NCBI GenBank assembly: GCA_918797485.1 | Contig: CAKKNE010000002.1 | Span: forward strand, 3,286,001 to 3,350,000 | DNA length: 64,000 nt | Source of the DNA: Pelagomonas calceolata | Taxonomy: Eukaryota | Reading direction: 5' to 3' | Shown here: positions 57,441 to 64,000 of the stretch, one piece after another | How the letters are laid out: each line of letters opens with the position of its first letter | Numbering within the stretch: position 1 is the first letter of the stretch | The notes under the pieces: generated by a model | The model's database searches: none | Seen by the model: the letters and a program-made list of their open reading frames with translations, nothing else | What the model was told of the DNA's origin: nothing | Position numbers and translations under genes: made by a program

Positions 57441-58541
57441 ATGGCCCCGAAGCGCCGCCGCAGCAAGAAGAAGGAACCAGAAGAGGAGGAGGAGACCGAA
57501 TACGTCGAGGGCGCCTCGCAAGAGGAACAGCCCACGAAGAAGTCACGCCGCGACGAGCGGTCTCAAAGACGCTCGCAGGAGGACGAGGCGCCCCCTTCCC
57601 AAGAGGAGGAGGAGGAAAAACCTCCAGTAGAGCCGCCCAAGGAAGCCCTCGGCCACGACGCGAACGAGCGGCGCAAGTTCAAGCTGTACGTCGACCAGAT
57701 GACCAAAAGTTATAGAACCGACCCGCACCCCGAGAAACGGATCAAATCCCATAAAGACGACGACGAGGCGCCGGCCGGCGCGAAGAAGGAGAAGGAGCGG
57801 GCCGAAGCGCTGGCCGAGGCCGAGTTGGATGTTTTGGTCAAGAAAATGGCGCGCTACCTGCTGTTGCGGGGGACGAAGCGGCTACCCATCGTGAAGTCGA
57901 AACTCGGCGAGGTCATGGGCGACTACCGCAAGAACAGGATCACGAGCTACGTGCTCCAACGAGCCGCGGACGAACTGCGGAAGACGTGGGGCTACGAGCT
58001 CGTGCAGGCGCCCGACAAGTGCGGCGACTACGAGTACAAGGGCAACGCGCGGGATTCCATGTACCTGGTGCACAAGAAGAAGGCCCGGGGGCCGGACCAC
58101 GCCGCGCTGACGACGAACGGGTTGGACGACAGTAGTGCCGCATCCAGAGGTTTATTATTGACATGTTTGAGCATAGCACAGGCCCAGGGCGGGTCCGTGC
58201 GGGAGACGGAGCTGTATCGCTTGCTGAATTCACTAGATGAGCGCATCGCGGACGAGCCTCCCGCGAAAACCTCGCAAGCTCGAGGGTCGATCCCGGACCT
58301 CGGGCACGTGGCCAAGCACGTCGAGAGTTACGTACAACAACAGTACCTGGTGGCGTACAAGGACGCCGAGGACGAGAATTGTTTGCAGCTCGGGCCGCGC
58401 GCTTTGGTGGACGTGGGCCGCTTCCAGATAGCCCAATTCACGTCGGACGCGCTGGGCCACGAGGCCGTGGACCCGTCGATCATCACGGAGATCCAGGACT
58501 CCGTGCGCGACGACGCGGCGGCACAGGCGGCGCAGGGGTGA
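57441..58541 (+). CDS. MAGE-domain protein, NSE3-like (SMC5/6 subunit)
   Basis: LVKKMARYLL...LRKTWGYEL; GLLLTCLS..GGSVRETELYRLL; QQYL..GPRA. Confidence 0.8.
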   Translation: MAPKRRRSKKKEPEEEEETEYVEGASQEEQPTKKSRRDERSQRRSQEDEAPPSQEEEEEKPPVEPPKEALGHDANERRKFKLYVDQMTKSYRTDPHPEKRIKSHKDDDEAPAGAKKEKERAEALAEAELDVLVKKMARYLLLRGTKRLPIVKSKLGEVMGDYRKNRITSYVLQRAADELRKTWGYELVQAPDKCGDYEYKGNARDSMYLVHKKKARGPDHAALTTNGLDDSSAASRGLLLTCLSIAQAQGGSVRETELYRLLNSLDERIADEPPAKTSQARGSIPDLGHVAKHVESYVQQQYLVAYKDAEDENCLQLGPRALVDVGRFQIAQFTSDALGHEAVDPSIITEIQDSVRDDAAAQAAQG

Positions 58542-58562
58542 GTTACAAGGGGGTGTGCTTAC

Positions 58563-59683
58563 TTAGGTGTTTAGCGCGTCGACCGCGTCGCAGAGGGCGC
58601 TCACGTCGTCGCCTTCGCGGGCGACGAGCACGGTTTGACCATATCGCAGGGACGCCTCAATCGTCATCGCGACCGGATGCGTGCCGCCGAGCACGCGCCG
58701 CGTGGTCGGTGCCAAATCCTCGAACATCGCCACGGCCGAGCATGGCACAGGTGTCCTCGTGGAGTGCCCTCGCGTAAAGCGCCCTCAGCTTGAGCGTGTG
58801 TTCATGATTCTCACCGAGAACGCGTCGCGCCACGGGCATCGTCTTGCGCAGCACCGACTTGACTTCTTGGCAGCGATCCAAAGTAATAAGGGTCGTCGCG
58901 TAGTCGAGGGCTGCTAGGAGGGTTCCTATATGTTCCTCGCCATTGAGCTTCACATGCACATGATATACGTCTCCTTGTATCCGCGATGCCTCATCGTGCC
59001 GTCCAAGCTGAGCATACGAGGCCGCGAGATTGTTCTGCACGCCGAGAATGTTGTATTCTGATGCGCCAATGCGCCGCAGCATAGACAACTGGGCCTCTTC
59101 CACAGTCAACGCGTCCTCGTGGTGTCCTGCAGCGGATAGCCCGTTCGCGACCTGCCTCATCGCGCTCCTCCGAGTCCAGTCCGCCTCCGGCCGCCCCACA
59201 TACGTTTTCCAACACGCCCACCCGAGCGCGTGCTTCACGACTCCATGGTAGGATTGCTCGCATAGGCTGCACGTGTTCCATCGCCTCCAACTTGGTTCTA
59301 AGTCCAAATTATTCTCCTCGGCCTCCTCGAACAAAATCTTCACCTGCTCCGCCAGGCACGACACGTGCGCAAAGCCCGCCGTCCCGCGGCACGAGCACAT
59401 GCGCACGAGGCCCTCCTTTGTTTTCCAATGGAGAGCCTGCGTGCAGATGTAGCACGTCTGGCCCTTCGTGTCCTCGGCACACGCCTCCGCCGCGACCGCT
59501 ACGGCCGCCGTGTACTTTTGATTTGCATTGTACTGCTCGGCGCCGCCTGCTTTTTTTATTTTCTTGCAGAGCTGGTCATGCCCGCCTTCTTTCCAGTGCT
59601 GCACCTGGCATTCAGCGGCCGCATTTCTTCCCCGATGACAAGCCGAGCTCGGTAGCACAGGCGGCGCACTGCGTGAGGAGCAT
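58563..59683 (-). pseudogene. MYND + RING-CH + TPR-like protein broken by two frameshifts
   Basis: MLLTQCAACATELGLSSGKKCGR* then a shift to AECQVQHWKEGGH; CYIC..CSCRGTAGFAHVSCL; RRVLGENHEHT; second shift near 58740. Confidence 0.75.
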
Positions 59684-59737
59684 TGGGGCAGCGTAAATAG
59701 CAGGCAACGCTATTTTTGCGAATGGACAAGAGGAATG

Positions 59738-59759
59738 CCAGCGTATAGTAACATACTAG
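59738..59759. promoter_or_regulatory. Recurrent intergenic motif variant CCAGCGTATAGTAACATACTAG
   Basis: Between divergent starts at 59683 and 59859. Confidence 0.45.
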
Positions 59760-59858
59760 ACTCATTTTTACGACAGCGGCGTCACAGCGCCCAAAGAGCC
59801 AAGCCTAAGCCCGCGCCGAGGCAGCCCAAAAAAACGACCAGAGCCCCACGGAACCACC

Positions 59859-60359
59859 ATGACCAAGATCCAGCACGTGCTCCCGGCGACGCCCTTCCGG
59901 GGCGAGGTTGTTGTGGAGGACAACAAGCCGCAAGCACCTAAACCACAACCCGAGGAGGAGGTCAAGCACGGGAGATTAGTAAAGACGCTCAAGCGCCTCG
60001 AAGCGTCCGAAGCCAGGAAGGAGGACCGGGCGGCGCGGCGGGAGACGTACCTCGTGGCGTCGGGCGAGCGCGACGCCGCGCTGAAATTGCTCGAGCAGCG
60101 CCTCGGGACCTCGTGCGAGCGCCTCGAGTCTTATTTAAGGTGTCGCTTCATGGTCTTCGATCCGAAGGAGATCGGCAAGATCGACATGGCCGATTTTGGC
60201 GCTTTATTGGGTTTGTTGAGGGACGGCCGCGACGCCATGGACCTCGAGAAGCAACTCATGATTTTAGATGTGGACGGCGACGGCATGGTGAGCTACCTGG
60301 AGCTGGTGCGGTGGTGGCTCCGCGAGGAGAAGCTGGAGGGGGAGGCGACCGCAGAATAA
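59859..60359 (+). CDS. EF-hand protein
   Basis: FDPKEIGKIDMADF; LDVDGDGMVSYLE. Confidence 0.8.
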   Translation: MTKIQHVLPATPFRGEVVVEDNKPQAPKPQPEEEVKHGRLVKTLKRLEASEARKEDRAARRETYLVASGERDAALKLLEQRLGTSCERLESYLRCRFMVFDPKEIGKIDMADFGALLGLLRDGRDAMDLEKQLMILDVDGDGMVSYLELVRWWLREEKLEGEATAE

Positions 60360-60413
60360 GTAAAACTAGCCCCTCGTTAGAGAGCCTAGCCGCCGCGCGC
60401 CGTCGCCGCGGCA

Positions 60414-61799
60414 TCATGACCGGTAGTCCGCGTTCTCGCTGACGTAGCCGTGCGTCAGGTCGCTCCCCAGAACCACCGAGACCACGTCCCGCGATCCGCC
60501 CAGATCAATATCGATCTCGACGCACCGGTCGTGGACGGGGCACGCCGGCGCGCCCTCGACGTCCGTACCTAGCCGCGCGGCCTTCATATGATTCGAAAGC
60601 CGCTCCTCCTTCGCCGCGTCCAGCCGGAAAAATCCGCCCTCGAAGATCGTCTCGCCGCCTAGCTTTACCACACAAGGCGAGCCCTCGTCCAGCAAGTCCG
60701 GGTCGCCCCGCGCGCCCAGCAATTGGCCCACTTTGCCCACAATCCTACCAACGTTCGGGTCGTCGCCGGCGACGGCGCACTTGAGCAAGGGGCCGTTCAC
60801 GAGGGCCCGTCCCAGAGCTCTAGCCGAGTCCTCGTCCCGGTCCCCTCGCACACAAACCCTCAATACATGATTCGTGCCCTCGCCGTTCCGCACGATGTGA
60901 TGGGCTAATTGCGCCAGCACGTCGCCCAATGCATTTTCAAAAGCATCCTCAGATACCTCTTGTACCTGTCCAGACGATAGCAACACGCACATGTCCGACG
61001 TCGACTCGTCGCCGTCGACGCCCACGGACCCCAGCGTGCCCTTCACGCATCGCTCCAGACACGCCTGCATCGTCGACCGCTCCATCGCCGCGTCGGTAAC
61101 CAGAAAGCAGAGCATCGTCCCCATGTTCGGCTCGATCATGCCCGCGCCTTTTACTAAACCTACTAGAGAAGCACCATTCGGCAATTCGCTCCTCGCGGCT
61201 TTCGCATATCGGTCCGTCGTCATCATGGCCTCGGCAACTTTATGTGCCGAACCCTCTTGGAGCGTTAATGAAGAAGCCGCCGCGACCATCTCGTCCACCG
61301 GTAACGCCCAGCCGATGACACCTGTGGAAGCGGGGATGACGTCGCCTTCCAAACTCAAAGCCTCCTTCGCAGCGTCCGCTACGGTATGAGCACACGACAC
61401 CCCGAGCCCGGGCCCCGGTCTGACATTAGACACCTTGTTGTTCGCGAGGATGGCTTGGATGTGAGGTTTCTCTCGTGCGAGGATGTCCCGGCCCACGGTC
61501 ACGGGCGCGCCGCACAATCTATTCTTCGTGTAAACGCCCGCGACGAGGTCCGTCGGCGCGTCGAGCGCGATCACGCCCAAATTCATCCTCGCTTCGCTAT
61601 CGGGCAGCTCCCGCGGCTTGAAATTCAACGACGCCGTGCCGCACCGGAAGCCGCGCGGCAGGACAGCTAAACTTTCGACGCGCGCGGCCCACGCGGCCTC
61701 GTCGCCGGCCGTGTCTCGCACGTCGTTCGCTAGTAAGGAGGAGGCCGGCGGCCGCAGCGCTGTTGCTTGGGCCAGCATGAGCAGTATTGCGCGGCGCAT
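60414..61799 (-). CDS. argJ: Glutamate N-acetyltransferase / ornithine acetyltransferase
   Basis: STGVIG, MMTTD, KGAGMIEPNMGTML, VDGDESTSD, GEG, DPNVGR, DLTHGYVSENADYRS. Confidence 0.95.
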   Translation of the reverse strand: MRRAILLMLAQATALRPPASSLLANDVRDTAGDEAAWAARVESLAVLPRGFRCGTASLNFKPRELPDSEARMNLGVIALDAPTDLVAGVYTKNRLCGAPVTVGRDILAREKPHIQAILANNKVSNVRPGPGLGVSCAHTVADAAKEALSLEGDVIPASTGVIGWALPVDEMVAAASSLTLQEGSAHKVAEAMMTTDRYAKAARSELPNGASLVGLVKGAGMIEPNMGTMLCFLVTDAAMERSTMQACLERCVKGTLGSVGVDGDESTSDMCVLLSSGQVQEVSEDAFENALGDVLAQLAHHIVRNGEGTNHVLRVCVRGDRDEDSARALGRALVNGPLLKCAVAGDDPNVGRIVGKVGQLLGARGDPDLLDEGSPCVVKLGGETIFEGGFFRLDAAKEERLSNHMKAARLGTDVEGAPACPVHDRCVEIDIDLGGSRDVVSVVLGSDLTHGYVSENADYRS

Positions 61800-61982
61800 C
61801 GTGTGCAGTGCTGCACTTGCGGCAGTGCTGCAAGGGCAACCCTGGCTAGTTGTTGCGCTGTGCTGCAAGAGTGCTAGGCTCGCGCTTCCGCAGGAGCGAT
61901 GGTGCAAGTGCGGCCCCGAAGCTGATTGGAATTGCAATGAGGGCTGCTTAGGCTGTGCAGCTCAATCCTGAGGCTGAGCCTG

Positions 61983-62001
61983 CTAGTGTCTTACACGCTG
62001 G
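61983..62001. promoter_or_regulatory. Recurrent intergenic motif variant CTAGTGTCTTACACGCTGG
   Basis: ~185 bp upstream of the argJ ATG. Confidence 0.6.
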
Positions 62002-62123
62002 CTCCGACAGAACGCCTGCGCGTAGCCATCGGGGAACAGACGGGGAGGCCCGCGGAACCTCGACTCGCTGCATCCGCACCACCGGACCTGAGTATGAATA
62101 CAGATACTTATAGAAAAAGCAAG

Positions 62124-62855
62124 CTACCAGCCAGCGCCGTTCACGTGCAGCGCGCCCCCGGCCGGCCAGGCCGGCGCGGTCGGCAGAGAAAAGCGCATGA
62201 GCGCCGGGTCGACGAACTTTTTGAGGTCGTCCGATGGGTAGACCACGTCGCACGGCGCCAGCGTGGCGCAGTCGAGCTTCTCGTAGAACCCCGGCACGCC
62301 CGTGCAGAACAGCGCCTCGGGCAGAGATTCACAAAGCCGGGCAGAAAACGCGCCCCGGACGACCGCGGCCCCCAGACCCCGCCCCCTTACCGAAGGCGAC
62401 GTCGCGACGTGCGCGAGGCAGAGCACGCGCCGCTCTAATAACAAATCGCCCATGAAGAACGTCGCGATGACGTCGGCCTGGCCGTCCAACCGATCTAGGT
62501 GAATGACCCAGTCGTCGGCCGCCGCCCGCTTCAGAATCGTGCCCGCGCGGCCCGCGTGCTGGGCGTGCCTGGCCCCTATTTTCACGCGCCGTCCCTCCCT
62601 CAAGTTTTGCTTGTCCGCCACATTCACACATCGCACGAACGTCCGCGCGGCCGCGACGACCTCCTCCCCATCCTCGACGTAGTGGAGCTGCTCCTCGTCG
62701 GTCGCTGCCGTCGTGGCTCGCCTTTCGATGGCCTCGGCGCAGCGGTCCCTCCCTTCCGCCGTCGGGAAGGCGGCGGTCCAGAGCGCCGCGATGCGCCCTA
62801 GGGTGGCGTCGTCGAGGGCGATTGTGGGTTTCGTCTGGACGGCGACCTCGGCCAT
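62124..62855 (-). CDS. GNAT family N-acetyltransferase
   Basis: LAHVATSPSVRGRGLGAAVV; GFYEKL. Confidence 0.8.
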   Translation of the reverse strand: MAEVAVQTKPTIALDDATLGRIAALWTAAFPTAEGRDRCAEAIERRATTAATDEEQLHYVEDGEEVVAAARTFVRCVNVADKQNLREGRRVKIGARHAQHAGRAGTILKRAAADDWVIHLDRLDGQADVIATFFMGDLLLERRVLCLAHVATSPSVRGRGLGAAVVRGAFSARLCESLPEALFCTGVPGFYEKLDCATLAPCDVVYPSDDLKKFVDPALMRFSLPTAPAWPAGGALHVNGAGW

Positions 62856-63283
62856 CCTGGAGGCTTGGCAGCGGCTCGGCCGCAGCGATGCGAAGCTCTC
62901 TTGGATAGCCCTCGCGTCCCACACCGCGCGGGGTCGAGCTACGCGATTTTTTTGGCTGACTCAAAATCGCGAAAACCCGAGGCGAAGGAGCCGTCCGCGA
63001 TGAATTCGAATCCTGCACCGATGCGGGTGCACGCGGAGGCGTCCCGGGGGGGACCGCACGAGCCTTCCTCCGGCCGCCTCTCCCGGCAGGCAGCGCACGA
63101 CGCGTCAAAAGTTCGCGTACGAGCAGTGGCCGCAGCCCCGCAGCCCCGGCAGGAGGTCGCGAGCCAACGAAGCAGCCGCTCCTCCTGCACGCCACCGACG
63201 CGACGCGGCGCTCGCTCGGGAGCCGGATGGAGGTCCCAGGGAGGAGAGGCTAGCCCAAGTCCCGAAGCGGGCACGCCGCAACG

Positions 63284-64000
63284 ATGGCGAAGAAGCCCAA
63301 GTCCCCCAAGCCCGCCGACCCGATCCTCAACAAGCGCAAGGTCGGCCCGGCGCCCACCGTCATCTCGGCGAACCTCAAGACGATGAAGCGGTCGAACAAG
63401 GAGCTGGCGGCGCAGCGCGAGGCGCGCATGCGCAACGCCGCCGAGCGCGCCGCGCCCAAGGAGAAGAAGGAGCGGTTAGCTGTGAGGGGCGAGGCGACGC
63501 GCAACGCGCAAGCCGGTAAATCCAGCAGTGATACTCCCATGAAGGACAGCGGCGCGAAGGAGAAATCCGCGCTCGCTGTGGTCCTGGCGAAGTGCTTCAA
63601 GAGCCTCGCGCGACCGACGGTCAAGCTGCAGCACCCGCAAGCCATCAAGATGACCGAAGCGTTGGGACTGGGCCAGCGACATTTGCGGATCATGAGGGAC
63701 CAGTTCGATGATATAGATGTGGACGGTTCCGGCAATATTGATGCGGTGGAGCTCTTCGAGGCCATGGGCGAGGTCAGGTCCAAGATCACGGAAGAGCTGT
63801 TCGCGATGATGGACATGGACGGGAATGCGAGGTTGGACTTTGACGAGTACGTCGCCGTGGCGCTGTCGTACTGCATGTATACCAAAGATGATATATTGAA
63901 ATTTTGTTTCGATCTCTTCGATCTGGATTCAGGAGGTACGATCGACGAGAAGGAGTTCACGGAGATGTGCGTCGCCGTTTCCGCGGGCGACCCCTTGTTC
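63284..64000 (+). CDS. EF-hand calcium-binding protein, truncated by the window end
   Basis: DVDGSGNIDAVE, DMDGNARLDFDE, DLDSGGTIDEKE; frame open to 64000. Confidence 0.85.
   Translation, partial: MAKKPKSPKPADPILNKRKVGPAPTVISANLKTMKRSNKELAAQREARMRNAAERAAPKEKKERLAVRGEATRNAQAGKSSSDTPMKDSGAKEKSALAVVLAKCFKSLARPTVKLQHPQAIKMTEALGLGQRHLRIMRDQFDDIDVDGSGNIDAVELFEAMGEVRSKITEELFAMMDMDGNARLDFDEYVAVALSYCMYTKDDILKFCFDLFDLDSGGTIDEKEFTEMCVAVSAGDPLF

Noticed and set aside
17918..58541. A functional cluster of chromatin genes (four Tudor-like proteins plus NSE3)
   Set aside because: They are interspersed with unrelated metabolic genes, and Tudor-like barrels are common, so co-location is probably chance.
9182..62001. 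Recurrent CTAG motif as a CRISPR repeat or MITE
   Set aside because: Copies are dispersed singly, not arrayed with spacers. There are no cas genes, the flanks are not homologous and there is no consistent TSD.

Overview
This is a gene-dense, GC-rich, intron-poor eukaryotic window. It most likely comes from a pelagophyte alga (Pelagomonas/Aureococcus-like), judged from bipartite plastid-targeting N-termini, ~60-nt introns and a MYND/RING-CH/TPR gene family. It carries about 40 protein-coding genes, including CYP97, NDUFV2, plastid PDH E2, ArgJ, a NEK kinase, SWEET, CLC, syntaxin-6, NAF1, NSE3/MAGE and SVP26. Most are arranged as head-to-head pairs, with very short tail-to-tail gaps. Main points of interest: (1) a protein at 52536-55331 joining a Tudor-like domain and three PHD fingers to a domain with motifs of the phage thymidine-hypermodification family (aGPT-Pplase1 / 5-hmdU DNA kinase helical domain); (2) a ~22-bp quasi-palindromic motif (CTAGTGTCTTAC..CGCTAG) seen 16 times, always between genes and nearly always upstream of a start codon; (3) a decayed RAG1/Transib-like DDE transposon with an inserted SAP domain and a convergent second gene; (4) an introner-type intron with an 8-bp TSD and 16-bp TIRs; (5) an eEF1A-methyltransferase-like protein fused to an eEF1B-like domain. 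All family assignments come from recognising motifs by eye; no database search was run.
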